Notes: a model not told the origin generated them from the sequence alone. Positions 10,809 to 21,601 are shown, counted from the stretch's first letter. The stretch: 64,000 nt of DNA from Gammaproteobacteria bacterium (GCA_030431775.1 JAUIHW010000001.1:3246-67245); one strand, 5' to 3'. Numbers and translations: made by a program.

Positions 10809-11297
10809 TCAGGGGTGGCTTTTAAGCCATTTGAGCGACGCTTTGTGAAAGTCGCGGAGGTCATGCTGGGCCTGGTCTGCATTATGCGGTCGGTATTGCG
10901 CTTCGTACAAGTCAGCCGAGATATTACCTGCAAACACGGCCTGTTTGCAGCAGGAATCCAAATAGTCAAACCATTCACGCCCTGCCAGCGGTGCGATTGC
11001 CCGGCGATTGACGGAATCGCGGTGCAGGGCTGCCCGGCGCAGCACGATATTGCACAACTTTACGTACGCCTGGCCGTCATGGTTGCTGCGGTACTGTTTC
11101 CAGGCCTGTTCCAGTTCGCTGATCGCCTGGCGCCGGTAAGTGTTGTTGCGATGTTCGTTCAGCCAGCGCCACAGCCCGTACACGAGCAGCGCCACAAAAA
11201 TTGCGCCCACCAGCCACCAACCTGGGGCTGGTGGCCACCAGCTGATAGCGTCCGGCAAATGTATGTCGCGCAGTTGCGCCAGCGGATCCTGCCCCAT
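10809..11297 (-). CDS. DUF4381 family protein
   Basis: MGQDPLAQLRDIHLP..ISWWPPAPGWW signature, inside the MoxR operon. Confidence 0.85.
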   Translation of the reverse strand: MGQDPLAQLRDIHLPDAISWWPPAPGWWLVGAIFVALLVYGLWRWLNEHRNNTYRRQAISELEQAWKQYRSNHDGQAYVKLCNIVLRRAALHRDSVNRRAIAPLAGREWFDYLDSCCKQAVFAGNISADLYEAQYRPHNADQAQHDLRDFHKASLKWLKSHP

Positions 11298-11301
11298 GCT
11301 G

Positions 11302-12252
11302 TCAGGCCCCGCGTTGGTAGGCGTAGTACTTGAGCAATTCGCCCAGTGCGTCATCCCCGGTTTGCACTGTGATCAGCGGCACGCCGCTGCGCGCCATAGC
11401 GGTGCGGCATTGCTGCTGCCATTGTTGGAAATCGTCACGATAGGCCTGTTGCAGGGCCGGATTCGCGGTTGCGAGCACCGCCCGTCGCTGCCCGTCACTA
11501 ACCTCGTAGCGACCCGCCGGTGGCAATTCAGCCTGCAAGCGGTCTGAGACCATAATGGCTGTGACCTCGTTGTGGCGGGCCAGGTGAAACAATTGCTTGC
11601 TGCTGTCAGCGTCAAAATCAGTAAAGTCACTGATCAAAAAAACGGCGGCTCCCGGTTTATTGAGGCGTCGGCTTTCTTCAAGAGCGGCGGTCATGCGGGT
11701 ATTGTCCGGCACAGGCTGGCGCGCTGTGTCGGCCAGCTTATTATTGGCTTCATGCACTGAGTGTAGCAGCCGAAGAACACTGCTTCTGGCGCGTTTCGGG
11801 CGCACTTCGAGCATATCGTCAGAACTGAGAACCAGTCCTCCCACCCGATCACCCTGCTGCAGCGCGGACCAGGCCAGCAGGCCAGCCAGTTCGGCAGCCA
11901 GTACGGATTTGAAGCAACGCTGGCTGCCAAAATACAGTGAGCGGCGTTGGTCAACCACGATGAATACCGGCCGCTCCCGTTCTTCCCGGAACACCTTGGT
12001 ATGCGCGTCTCCGGTGCGCGCGGTTACCCGCCAATCAATCGAGCGCACGTCGTCGCCCGGTTGATAATTGCGAACCTCTTCAAAGTCCATACCACGGCCA
12101 CGAAAGCTCGATCGGTAGGGGCCGGCCAACGCGCTGAGGCTGCGCTTATGCGTGCTTAGCTGAATCCGTGCCCGAAAGCGCAGAGCAATCAAATCGGCCT
12201 GGTGGGTGACGGCACCACGCAGGCCGCCGTTGTGCGGTTGTTTGCCAGGCAC
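11302..12252 (-). CDS. DUF58 domain protein
   Basis: GRGMDFEEVR.YQPGDDVRSIDWRVTART and ISDF motifs. Confidence 0.9.
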   Translation of the reverse strand: MPGKQPHNGGLRGAVTHQADLIALRFRARIQLSTHKRSLSALAGPYRSSFRGRGMDFEEVRNYQPGDDVRSIDWRVTARTGDAHTKVFREERERPVFIVVDQRRSLYFGSQRCFKSVLAAELAGLLAWSALQQGDRVGGLVLSSDDMLEVRPKRARSSVLRLLHSVHEANNKLADTARQPVPDNTRMTAALEESRRLNKPGAAVFLISDFTDFDADSSKQLFHLARHNEVTAIMVSDRLQAELPPAGRYEVSDGQRRAVLATANPALQQAYRDDFQQWQQQCRTAMARSGVPLITVQTGDDALGELLKYYAYQRGA

Positions 12253-12253
12253 G

Positions 12254-13216
12254 TCAGGCGACGGGAACCTGGGCCAGCAATTCGCTGATGACGCTGTCGG
12301 CGTCGACCCCGTTTGCTTCGGCCTCGTAGCTTAGAATCAGGCGGTGGCGCAGCACGTCGTGAATCACCGCTTGTACGTCGTCCGGGCTGACATACTCTTT
12401 GCCGTTGAGCCAGGCAAGGGCACGCGCGCAGCGGTCCAGTGCCAGCGTCGCCCGTGGACTGGCGCCATAATCGATCCAGCCAGCCAGCTGCTGGCTGTAA
12501 GCGCCCGGGCGCCGGGTGGCCATGGTCAGCGCAACGATATATTCCTCCACCGCATCGGCCATGTGCAGGTCCAGGGTGGCTGTTCGGGCCGCAAACAGGT
12601 CAGCCTGCGATAAACGCTGTGCGGGGGGCTCATAGCTGTGGCGCTGCTCATTGCGAACCAGGCGCAAAATTTCAAGCTCTGCTTCACTGCTGGGATAGTC
12701 CACCGTGACGTGCATTAAAAAGCGGTCCAGCTGAGCTTCAGGCAACGGGTAGGTGCCTTCCTGCTCGATCGGGTTTTGAGTGGCCATCACCAGAAACAAC
12801 GGCGGCAGTGAATAGCTGGTGCCGCCCACGCTGATCTGCCGCTCGGCCATAGCCTCCAGCAGCGCAGACTGAACCTTGGCCGGGGCGCGGTTGATTTCAT
12901 CGGCCAGAACCAGGTTGTGAAACAGTGGGCCTTTTTGAAAATGAAAGCTGCCGTCCTGCGGGCGAAACACTTCGGTGCCGGTAATGTCGCCCGGCAACAG
13001 GTCCGGAGTGAACTGAACCCGCTGAAAGTCGCCCTCAATCCCCTCGGAGAGCATTTTGATCGCCTTGGTCTTGGCCAGACCCGGCGCGCCTTCCACGAGC
13101 AGGTGGCCGTCGGCCAGCAGCGCGATCAGCAGGCGGTCGATCAGCTCGCTCTGGCCAATGATTTGCTGGCCCAGCCAGCGTCGCAAAGTTTGTACTGCAC
13201 CCAGTGTTTCCGTCAT
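12254..13216 (-). CDS. moxR: MoxR-family AAA+ ATPase
   Basis: Walker A GAPGLAKT, QFTPDLLP.D, Walker B LADEINRAPAK and ATQNPIEQEGTYPLPEAQLDRF. Confidence 0.93.
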   Translation of the reverse strand: MTETLGAVQTLRRWLGQQIIGQSELIDRLLIALLADGHLLVEGAPGLAKTKAIKMLSEGIEGDFQRVQFTPDLLPGDITGTEVFRPQDGSFHFQKGPLFHNLVLADEINRAPAKVQSALLEAMAERQISVGGTSYSLPPLFLVMATQNPIEQEGTYPLPEAQLDRFLMHVTVDYPSSEAELEILRLVRNEQRHSYEPPAQRLSQADLFAARTATLDLHMADAVEEYIVALTMATRRPGAYSQQLAGWIDYGASPRATLALDRCARALAWLNGKEYVSPDDVQAVIHDVLRHRLILSYEAEANGVDADSVISELLAQVPVA

Positions 13217-13350
13217 AACTGTCTGTCTTGTCTCTTAATGCGTGTGACTTCGGTCAAAAATGCAGCAATTCCCGCATCGCTTGTGACTCACTTGGTAGTC
13301 ATTGTGCCTACTATTTAATCAGGGGAAGGAACTACTTCAAAGGATCGATT

Positions 13351-16300
13351 ATGGCAACCATGAATACTCCACGCAACGCAGAACTGGTCGAACAAATACT
13401 GCAACACGTCGACCGCCGGGTGGAGGGCTCAGAACGCGAGCAGCTCATTCCCTTCGTAAAGACCTTTTTCAGCGTGTCCTCATCCGAGGAATTGCGCGAG
13501 CGTGACCCGCAGGACGTATATGCGACCACTTATCAGCTGTGGCGTTTTGTGCAGAGTTTTGCCGGCCAGGACGCGAAAATCTGCCTGTTCAACCCGGATT
13601 TCGAGCAGCACGGTTGGCAATCGCAGCGCACTGTGCTGGCGGCCCTGGTGGAAGATTCACCGTTTATTGTCGACTCCATTCGGATCGAGCTGAACCGCCG
13701 CGGAATTGCCATCCACAATATTCACAGCACGCTGATGACGGTTGCCCGCGATCGCTCCGGTCTGCTGCGAGGTGTGCAAACTCCGCAGACCAGACTGCAG
13801 CGCGAGGAAGACAGTAATGTTCGCCAGGAAGCGCTGGTGTTTATGGAGTTGACCCGCCAAAGTGGGGACAACACCTTTGCCGAGCTGGAGGCCAGCCTGC
13901 AGGCTGTTCTGGCCGATGTGCGCGCCGTGGTTACCGACTTTGGTGATATGCGGGCTTGCGCCACTGAGCTGGCCAATGGATTCAAGCAGGATTTGAAAAA
14001 ACGCCTGGGAAATGCCTCCGCCCATGAGCAGAAGATGGTTCGCAATGCCACCGATTTTCTGCAATGGATGGTGGATGACCACTTCACGTTTCTGGGTTAC
14101 CAGAGCTATCGTGTGAATGGCAAACTGCCCGGTAAATCCAAGCTGACTCAAGGCGGTAAGGGCCTGTTTGCCAGCGCTGCAGAGCAGTACGCTGAAGACC
14201 TGCTGCAGGAAATGAAACAGCCCAGCAAGCATGCCGATTTGAGCGCCGACCTGCTGGGCTTTTCGAAATCGGCCGTGCGCTCCCGGGTGCATCGCGATGC
14301 CTATCCTGATTATGTGATTGTGCGGGTGCCGGATGCCGACTCCGGTGCCTTCATTGAACACCGCTTTCTCGGCTTGTACACCTCCAAGGCCTATAACGCT
14401 GACCCGAGTAGCGTGCCTGTCTGGCGCGACAAAATAGCGGCGGTAGAGCAGGCCAGTGGTCTGGACATGAACAGCCATGATGGCAAGAAACTTCGCCAGA
14501 TCATCAATACCTTTCCGAGCGATGAAATTGTGCATTGTGCCACCGGGGAGTTGCTGCAAACCCTGATGGGGGTCTGGCGCATTCAGGAGCGCCGCAAGCT
14601 GCGCATGTTTTTGCGGCGCGATCGCTTTGGCAAGTTCATCAGCGTGATGGTGTATACGCCGCGTGACATGTACAAAACCGAAGTCAGAACCCGTATCGAA
14701 AGTATTCTCTCAGATGCTTTTGCCGCCAGGGATGCCGATTTCACGACGTATTTTTCCGAATCCATTCTGACTCGCACGCATTTCGTCTTCCGGGTAGACC
14801 CGGCTCAGGAACAGCAATTCGACGAAGAGAAGCTGCGCAATAAAGTATTTGAAGCCGCCCAGCAGTGGTCAGACAGGCTGGAAACGGCCCTGCTGGATGA
14901 TCTCGGCGAGGAGCGGGGGACCGCGATGGCGCGCCGTTATGCCAGCGCATTTCCGGCTGGGTATCAGGAAGACTTTGATCCGCGCTCGGCGATTGGCGAC
15001 ATTAAAAAGTTCGAATCGCTGGACGACAATAACCGCCTGGCGATGAAAGTGTATCGGGTGCCGGAAGAGCCGGATCACATGCTGCACTTTAGGCTCTACC
15101 ACCTGAATCAGCCGCTGGCACTGTCTGACCTGCTGCCGCCGCTTGAGAACATGGGGGTGCATGTGCGTGGTGACCGCTCTTATCAGGTGCGGCTGAGCAA
15201 TGGCCACAGCGTGTGGATGTATGATTTCAGCCTGAGTTACAGCCTGGCCGAACAGATTCGCCTGGACGATGTACGCGACAAATTCCAGGAAGCCTTCCAG
15301 CGGGTTTGGCATGGCGATGCCGAAAGCGACGCCTTTAACAAGCTGTTGCTGGGCACCGATTTGGATTGGCGTGAGATTGCTCTGCTGCGTGCTTACGCGC
15401 GTTACATGCGGCAGATCAGCTTTAACTTTCGCGAAACGTACATCGCCGAAACGCTGGGCAAATACCTGGTACTCACCAATCAACTGGTAGCGCTGTTCAA
15501 GTGCCGCTTTGAACCACGGGCCTGCGATGCCGCAGCTCGCGGGGAGGCCGAGCAAAGCCTATTGAACGCGATCCATGAGGAAATTGATGCGGTTGAAAAC
15601 CTCAATGAAGACAGCATCTTTCGGCAATACCTGGCATTGATTAAAGCGACTGCACGAACCAACTATTTCCAGCATGGGCAGGACGGCGAATTGAAGCCTT
15701 ATTTCAGCTTTAAGCTGCAGCCCGGGCAGATACCAGACATTCCCGCACCGGTGCCCATGTTCGAAATTTTTGTGTACTCACCGCAGGTTGAAGGTGTGCA
15801 TTTGCGTGGTGGCAAGGTGGCCCGCGGTGGACTGCGCTGGTCGGACCGTCGGGAAGATTTTCGAACCGAAGTGCTGGGGCTTGTGAAAGCTCAGCAGGTT
15901 AAAAACTCGGTGATTGTGCCGGTCGGTGCAAAAGGTGGCTTTGTGGCGAAAACCATTCCGGCCGATGCCAGCCGCGAGCAGCGTCAGGAAATGGGAATTT
16001 CCGCCTATCGTAGCTTTATCTCCGGCTTGCTGGATGTCACCGACAATATTGTTGATGGCGAGATTGTGCCACCGGAAGAGGTGGTTCGTCACGACGAGGA
16101 CGACCCGTATCTGGTGGTTGCGGCGGATAAGGGTACGGCGACATTCTCGGATATTGCCAATGGCCTCTCTGCTGACTATCAATTCTGGTTAGGCGACGCT
16201 TTTGCATCCGGTGGCAGCATCGGTTATGACCACAAAGGCATGGGTATTACTGCCAAAGGTGCCTGGGTATCGGTACAGCGTCATTTTCGCGAGCGCGGCA

Positions 16301-18246
16301 TAGACGTTCAGAAAACTGATTTCAGCGTGGTTGGCATCGGCGACATGATGGGTGATGTGTTCGGTAATGGCATGTTGCTGAGTCAACATATCTGTCTGAA
16401 AGCCGCTTTCAATCACCAACATATTTTCATAGACCCGAACCCGGACGCTGCCAGCAGCTTCACCGAGCGGGAACGGTTGTTCAAACTCGAACGCTCCAGT
16501 TGGGAAGACTATCAGCGCGAGCTGATTTCCAAAGGCGGTGGGGTATTTCTGCGAAGTGCCAAGTCCATCCCCATCAGTGCGGAAATGAAGCAGGCCTTCG
16601 ACATTTCAGCTGACCAGCTGTCACCCAATGAGCTCATCAGTGCGTTGCTGCGCTCGCCGGTTGACCTGCTATGGAACGGCGGAATCGGTACCTATATCAA
16701 AGCGAGTAGTGAATCGCATGCGGATGTTGGTGATAAAGCCAACGATGTGTTGCGGGTCAATGGGAAGGAACTGCGCTGCAAGGTGATCGGTGAGGGTGGC
16801 AATCTTGGCGTGACTCAATTGGGCCGCATCGAATTTGCCCTGAATGGTGGCGCGGTAAATACTGACTTTATCGACAACGCAGCCGGCGTGGATTGTTCCG
16901 ACCACGAGGTGAACATCAAAATTCTGCTGCACGATGTGATGGTCGCCGGCGATATGACCGAAAAGCAGCGGCAGGCCCTGCTGGCCGACATGACCGATGA
17001 GGTGTCCTCGCTGGTGTTGCGAAACAACTATATGCAGGTACAGGCGATCAGTATTGCCGAGCGCGAAGCGAAAAAACGCTTTGCCGAGTACCGGCGACTG
17101 ATGAACCACCTGGAAGAGCAGGGCAAGCTGGACAGGGCACTGGAGTTTCTGCCCAGTGAAGAGGAGTTGCTGGAGCGCGATGCGCAGGGTAGCAAGCTCA
17201 CTCGTCCGGAATTGTCGGTGCTGATTTCCTACATTAAATCGCAACTGAAGGAAGAGCTTTGCGGTGACGCAATCTGCCAGGACGAGTACGTTGCCAATAT
17301 TGTGCAGACCGCCTTTCCGAGCCGCCTCAATCACGAATTTCATGAGCGCGTGACCGGCCACAAGCTGCGCTGTGAGATTATCGCAACGCAGCTGGCTAAC
17401 GATATGGTCAATCACATGGGCATAACCTTTGTTGACCGGATGCAGCAAACTCCGGGCATCAGTAGCTGTGACGTGGCGCTGGCCTACCTGTCGGCTCGGG
17501 ATGTGTTCTCGGTGCCCAAGTACTGGCGTATGATCGAAGCGCTGGACCATAAAGTGGATGCCCAGCTGCAAATGAACCTGATGTCTGACCTGATGCGGCT
17601 GATGCGCCGGGCCAGTTACTGGTTTCTGCGTCATCGGCGAGGGGCTTGTAACCCGGCCAATGAGGTCAAACGTTTCCGCCCCAGTGTGAACGCGATCAGC
17701 GAAAACCTGGGTAATTTCCTGAAAGGTCACATGCGCGATGCCTGGCAGCAGCGCCAGGAGAGCCTGCAAAACGAGCAGGTGCCCCCGCAGCTGGCCCATT
17801 TCATTGCAGCGGCACCAAGCCTGTACTCCGCACTGAGCATTGCCGAGGCAGCCAACGACAGCGATATCAACGCGGCCGTGGTGGCCGATACCTATTTCAG
17901 CCTCGGTGACTGTCTGGAGCTGCACTGGTTTCACAAGCAGATCTCTGATCTGCCAGTTAAATCGCAGTGGCAGGCGCTGGCGCGTGAGGCGTATCGCGAT
18001 GATCTGGAGTCGCAACAGGGCAATATTACCTCCAGTGTTCTGACCCGGCTGAGTGCCCGCGACGACGTGGACGTGGAGTCCAGTATCGCCGACTGGCTGA
18101 GCGCCTCTTCGGATGCGGTTGGCCGGTGGCAGCATCTGGTCAGCGAAGTGCGTGCGGCGAACACGGCGGATTTCTCAATCTACACGGTTGCCAATCGGGC
18201 GCTGGCAGACCTGGCTGAGCAGAGCCGGCCGTCCAGCGCGGCCTGA
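13351..18246 (+). CDS. gdhB: Large NAD-specific glutamate dehydrogenase
   Basis: About 1630 aa with GVHLRGGKVARGGLRWSDR, KNSVIVPVGAKGGF, VVAADKGTATFSD, YDHK.MGITA.GAW and GVDCSDHEVNIK. Confidence 0.95.
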   Translation: MATMNTPRNAELVEQILQHVDRRVEGSEREQLIPFVKTFFSVSSSEELRERDPQDVYATTYQLWRFVQSFAGQDAKICLFNPDFEQHGWQSQRTVLAALVEDSPFIVDSIRIELNRRGIAIHNIHSTLMTVARDRSGLLRGVQTPQTRLQREEDSNVRQEALVFMELTRQSGDNTFAELEASLQAVLADVRAVVTDFGDMRACATELANGFKQDLKKRLGNASAHEQKMVRNATDFLQWMVDDHFTFLGYQSYRVNGKLPGKSKLTQGGKGLFASAAEQYAEDLLQEMKQPSKHADLSADLLGFSKSAVRSRVHRDAYPDYVIVRVPDADSGAFIEHRFLGLYTSKAYNADPSSVPVWRDKIAAVEQASGLDMNSHDGKKLRQIINTFPSDEIVHCATGELLQTLMGVWRIQERRKLRMFLRRDRFGKFISVMVYTPRDMYKTEVRTRIESILSDAFAARDADFTTYFSESILTRTHFVFRVDPAQEQQFDEEKLRNKVFEAAQQWSDRLETALLDDLGEERGTAMARRYASAFPAGYQEDFDPRSAIGDIKKFESLDDNNRLAMKVYRVPEEPDHMLHFRLYHLNQPLALSDLLPPLENMGVHVRGDRSYQVRLSNGHSVWMYDFSLSYSLAEQIRLDDVRDKFQEAFQRVWHGDAESDAFNKLLLGTDLDWREIALLRAYARYMRQISFNFRETYIAETLGKYLVLTNQLVALFKCRFEPRACDAAARGEAEQSLLNAIHEEIDAVENLNEDSIFRQYLALIKATARTNYFQHGQDGELKPYFSFKLQPGQIPDIPAPVPMFEIFVYSPQVEGVHLRGGKVARGGLRWSDRREDFRTEVLGLVKAQQVKNSVIVPVGAKGGFVAKTIPADASREQRQEMGISAYRSFISGLLDVTDNIVDGEIVPPEEVVRHDEDDPYLVVAADKGTATFSDIANGLSADYQFWLGDAFASGGSIGYDHKGMGITAKGAWVSVQRHFRERGIDVQKTDFSVVGIGDMMGDVFGNGMLLSQHICLKAAFNHQHIFIDPNPDAASSFTERERLFKLERSSWEDYQRELISKGGGVFLRSAKSIPISAEMKQAFDISADQLSPNELISALLRSPVDLLWNGGIGTYIKASSESHADVGDKANDVLRVNGKELRCKVIGEGGNLGVTQLGRIEFALNGGAVNTDFIDNAAGVDCSDHEVNIKILLHDVMVAGDMTEKQRQALLADMTDEVSSLVLRNNYMQVQAISIAEREAKKRFAEYRRLMNHLEEQGKLDRALEFLPSEEELLERDAQGSKLTRPELSVLISYIKSQLKEELCGDAICQDEYVANIVQTAFPSRLNHEFHERVTGHKLRCEIIATQLANDMVNHMGITFVDRMQQTPGISSCDVALAYLSARDVFSVPKYWRMIEALDHKVDAQLQMNLMSDLMRLMRRASYWFLRHRRGACNPANEVKRFRPSVNAISENLGNFLKGHMRDAWQQRQESLQNEQVPPQLAHFIAAAPSLYSALSIAEAANDSDINAAVVADTYFSLGDCLELHWFHKQISDLPVKSQWQALAREAYRDDLESQQGNITSSVLTRLSARDDVDVESSIADWLSASSDAVGRWQHLVSEVRAANTADFSIYTVANRALADLAEQSRPSSAA

Positions 18247-18265
18247 CGCCTGGCCTGCAAAACCT

Positions 18266-18287
18266 CGCCGGGGCGCAGGCCCCGGCG
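18266..18287. terminator. GC-rich hairpin after gdhB
   Basis: cgccggggc-gcag-gccccggcg forms a 9-bp stem, but there is no clear U-tract. Confidence 0.4.
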
Positions 18288-18328
18288 GTACTCAACTCGG
18301 CGAGCCGTGATTGCCCTATAATGGCGCA

Positions 18329-20539
18329 ATGACTGCAGTCCATCATCCGCCTTTTAAACTGTTTCTCAGCTGTCCGCGCTATTTAGAAGAATTGTTAGAC
18401 TCTGAGTTGCAGCAATTGGGCTTGCCTTTGACCCGGCGCCGGCTCGGCGGCGTTGAACTTGAAACCGACCTGGCGGGTGTTTACCAGGTTTGTCTCTGGT
18501 CACGACTGGCGAGTCGAGTGTTGCTGCAGTTGCTCAGCAGCCGGGTGAGCAGTGTGGATGATGTATATCGGGCTGTCGCGGCCATCAATTGGCCGGAAAC
18601 CTTTGCCCACAGCAACGACGCTCAGCCAGTGAGTTTTGTGGTGGACTTTGTTGGAACATCAGGGGCGATTCGCAACAGCCAGTACGGTGCGCAACTGGTC
18701 AAAGATGCGATAGTCGACCGTTATTCAGCTGGCCAACGACCATCCGTGGACCGGCAAAACCCCGGCCTGCGAATTAACGCTCATCTTGCCAGGGGGCGGC
18801 TGAGTGTAGCGCTTGATCTCAGCGGCGACAGCCTGCATCGGCGCGGTTATCGTGGGAGCGGCGGTGCCGCACCGCTTAAGGAAAACCTCGCTGCTGCGAT
18901 TGTGCAGCGCAGTGGGTGGCCGGCGCTGTTGAACGAAGCGGGTCAACAGCCGGCGACCGTCATGCTCGATCCCTTGTGTGGTTCGGGCACATTGCTGCTG
19001 GAAGCGGCCATACTGGCAAGCGACACAGCGCCTGGCTTGCTGCGTTCTCGCTGGGGCTTTGAGGGTTGGGCCTTGCATCGTCCTGAGCTTTGGCAAACCG
19101 CACTATTAGCCGCCAGTGAACGCCATGCCCGGGGGGTGGAGACTGCTCGGCAGCAGAACATTCGCTTTTTCGGCTTCGACCGCAATGCACCATTGCTTGA
19201 ACAAGCCCGGCAGAGCGCAGCGCGTCTGGACCTGGCCGAGCTGTTTGAGTTGCTTCCGGCTGAGCTTGCCAAACTAGCCAACCCGTTGGCCGATCGGCCG
19301 GGCCACCGCGGCCTGTTGCTGACCAACCCACCGTATGGTGAGCGAATTGGCCAGGACCAGGACTTGTCAGCGTTGTACGCAGGCCTGGGCGCCAGCCTGA
19401 AAAACGACTTCGCCAACTGGCGCGCTGCGGTACTGTCTGATGATGAAGCGCTGTTAGATGCTCTGCGGCTTAGAGTGGACAAACAGTATCGCTTTCGAAA
19501 CGGCCCGCTTGACTGCCAGTTGCGCACTTATGGGATTGCGGCGCAGCGACCTGCGGGTGCTGGGGCCAAGCGAGTGGGCGAACCGACGAAGGTAAGTGCG
19601 CACGCCGACATCAATGATGAGTTGGCCAATCGCCTGCGTAAAAATCGCAAGCGATTGCGCCCGGCAATAAAGCGTTATCAGAGTAATTGCTTTCGACTGT
19701 ACGATGCTGACCTGCCGGAATTCAATTCGACGGTGGACTGTTATGCGGACCATGTGGTGATTACTGAACGGGCTGCACCGGACACGGTAGACGCTGCCAG
19801 GGTGGCGATGCGCACCCGACAAACCCTGGCTACCGTGGCAGAGGTGCTGGCCTGCAGCAGCGAGCGGCTGCACTACAAGAAAAAGCAACCCCAGAAAGGC
19901 AAAACGCAGTACAGCCGCACGGGGCAGGGCAGCGAGCGGCTGTCAGTGAATGAAGCCGGGGCCAGGTATCTGGTTAACCTGCGAGACTATCATGATACCG
20001 GGCTGTTTCTGGACCACCGTGGGGTGCGCCGCCTTATTCGTGAAATGGCTGCTGGCAAGCACTTTCTGAACCTGTTCTGTTATACCGCTGCGGCGACGGT
20101 CAGTGCAGCGCTGGGCGGTGCGTCCGCGAGCACCAGCGTGGACCTGTCAAGGCCCTACCTGTCGTGGGCGGCGGATAACCTGGCTTGCAATCAACTGGAT
20201 CAGCGGCGCCATGAGCTGGTGCAAGCGGACTGCCAGCAGTGGCTGGCCGAGTGCCGGCAACAATTCGATCTTATTCTTCTGGATCCGCCTTCTTTCTCAA
20301 ATTCGAAACGAATGGAAACGGTGCTGGACATACAGCGTGATCATGCGCTGCTGATCCGGCAATGCCTGGCTCTGTTGAGCAGCCAGGGCACGCTGGTTTT
20401 TTCAACCAACCGTCGCAAGTTTCGGCTTGATCAGACACTGCAGGACGAGTGTACGCTGCAGGAAGTGACCGAGCGTACCTTGGATGCGGACTTTCAACGG
20501 CCGCCGCCGGCACATCGTTGCTGGTTGATAAGCAAATAA
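18329..20539 (+). CDS. rlmKL: Bifunctional 23S rRNA m2G2445/m7G2069 methyltransferase
   Basis: THUMP region, SLHRRGYR..APLKENLAAA, DPLCGSGT, NPPYGER; second MTase domain with DTGLFLDHR, LNLFCYT and DPPSFSNSK. Confidence 0.93.
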   Translation: MTAVHHPPFKLFLSCPRYLEELLDSELQQLGLPLTRRRLGGVELETDLAGVYQVCLWSRLASRVLLQLLSSRVSSVDDVYRAVAAINWPETFAHSNDAQPVSFVVDFVGTSGAIRNSQYGAQLVKDAIVDRYSAGQRPSVDRQNPGLRINAHLARGRLSVALDLSGDSLHRRGYRGSGGAAPLKENLAAAIVQRSGWPALLNEAGQQPATVMLDPLCGSGTLLLEAAILASDTAPGLLRSRWGFEGWALHRPELWQTALLAASERHARGVETARQQNIRFFGFDRNAPLLEQARQSAARLDLAELFELLPAELAKLANPLADRPGHRGLLLTNPPYGERIGQDQDLSALYAGLGASLKNDFANWRAAVLSDDEALLDALRLRVDKQYRFRNGPLDCQLRTYGIAAQRPAGAGAKRVGEPTKVSAHADINDELANRLRKNRKRLRPAIKRYQSNCFRLYDADLPEFNSTVDCYADHVVITERAAPDTVDAARVAMRTRQTLATVAEVLACSSERLHYKKKQPQKGKTQYSRTGQGSERLSVNEAGARYLVNLRDYHDTGLFLDHRGVRRLIREMAAGKHFLNLFCYTAAATVSAALGGASASTSVDLSRPYLSWAADNLACNQLDQRRHELVQADCQQWLAECRQQFDLILLDPPSFSNSKRMETVLDIQRDHALLIRQCLALLSSQGTLVFSTNRRKFRLDQTLQDECTLQEVTERTLDADFQRPPPAHRCWLISK

Positions 20540-20574
20540 AAAAAGGGTAGGCAGGCGCGCAAAACGGCGCCTGC
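20537..20574 (-). terminator. Likely intrinsic terminator between convergent genes
   Basis: Stem gcaggcgc/gcgcctgc (20551-20574) with a nearby A-run that reads as a U-tract on the - strand. Confidence 0.45.
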
Positions 20575-20587
20575 TGCACCAGACTGC

Positions 20588-20959
20588 TTAGTTGCTTTTC
20601 GCCTTGAATGCGGTCATGGATTCTTTCCATTCACCGGCTACGGTTTGCATTTCATCAACCATTTCATTATGGGTTTTTATGCGCTCGGCATTCTGTGCCT
20701 GAGCCGCCGCCATTGCTTCCTCATCGTCTTTGTCGATTGCCGCAATGGTTGATTTTTCCGCTTCTTCCAGGCAGGCGATGAACTCGTCTCCCGCCGCAAC
20801 ATAGGCTTTTACGGCCGTCTGGCCTTCGACCATCTGTTCCATGGTTGACTCCGCGCCATTGGGTACGGTCGGACGATCAGGCCGCTCGCAGTCGGCCCAG
20901 CTTAGAGTACTGGCAGAGCTTAAACACACGGCCATTAGGAACTTGTCGATTTTTTGCAT
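20588..20959 (-). CDS. Secreted helical hypothetical protein
   Basis: Signal peptide ending SWA-D, two Cys in the mature part, GGAG RBS. Confidence 0.7.
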   Translation of the reverse strand: MQKIDKFLMAVCLSSASTLSWADCERPDRPTVPNGAESTMEQMVEGQTAVKAYVAAGDEFIACLEEAEKSTIAAIDKDDEEAMAAAQAQNAERIKTHNEMVDEMQTVAGEWKESMTAFKAKSN

Positions 20960-21135
20960 GGATCTCACTCCGCATTTGATTCACCGTAAGGATACTGATC
21001 ATTGCCTGTTCTGCAAAGCCTTGCCGTGCAAACCTTCGTAAATTGCCTGTTTCAGGTTCAGCGCTGATTCAGCCAGCGGCGCCTAGCCTGAGACTGTGTT
21101 CAGCATTGGGTGGCGTGGCCACTAAGAGAGGAAGT

Positions 21136-21447
21136 ATGAGAACGCAGATAGCGATACTGGCTTTGTCGGTGGCCGCGGCTGGGCTGTCCCTGCCGGTGGC
21201 AGCGCACTACGACAGTGGGGTGGCATTTCGGATCAGCGTGCATTCAGGCTATGACCACCACCGGCCACATAAACAAACCTACCGGCATGGGCGGCGCGGC
21301 CATCACGGCCACTATATTCATCGCCACGATCGATACTGCCCGGACTACCGAGCGCATCGGCAGGTTCGCAAGGCGCACCGCTACCTGCACTATCGGCCGA
21401 GTGAAATATACCTGCAGTATGGCTATGAGCGCCGCTATCGACACTGA
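21136..21447 (+). CDS. Small secreted His/Arg/Tyr-rich protein
   Basis: RBS gagagg, signal peptide MRTQIAILALSVAAAGLSLPVAA and a low-complexity H/R/Y tail. Confidence 0.6.
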   Translation: MRTQIAILALSVAAAGLSLPVAAHYDSGVAFRISVHSGYDHHRPHKQTYRHGRRGHHGHYIHRHDRYCPDYRAHRQVRKAHRYLHYRPSEIYLQYGYERRYRH

Positions 21448-21573
21448 GGTAACGCCTTAAGGAGTGTTCGGTTCACCGAAGGCCCGGATGATGCCCGGGC
21501 CCTGTGTACTCCGGGCAATACACCCGGCTTTTGGGTGGGTTCGATGGCTTTTCTGTTCAGTGCACAAAGCTGC

Positions 21574-21601
21574 TTGAATTCCGCCTGCGCTTATGTACAA
21601 T
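21574..21601 (+). promoter_or_regulatory. Sigma70-type promoter for tRNA-Glu
   Basis: TTGAAT-16 nt-TACAAT followed by a GC-rich discriminator, about 40 nt upstream of the tRNA. Confidence 0.6.

Noticed and set aside
6245-13216. MoxR-DUF58-DUF4381-VWA-VWA/TPR-BatD operon as a novel system
   Set aside because: This is a widespread, previously described operon architecture.
16669-18135. 488-aa antisense ORF (and similar ORFs at 13657-14559, 7740-8771, 43555-44418, 56286-57110)
   Set aside because: These are shadow frames opposite well-supported genes, expected from GC-rich codon bias, and show no recognisable motifs.
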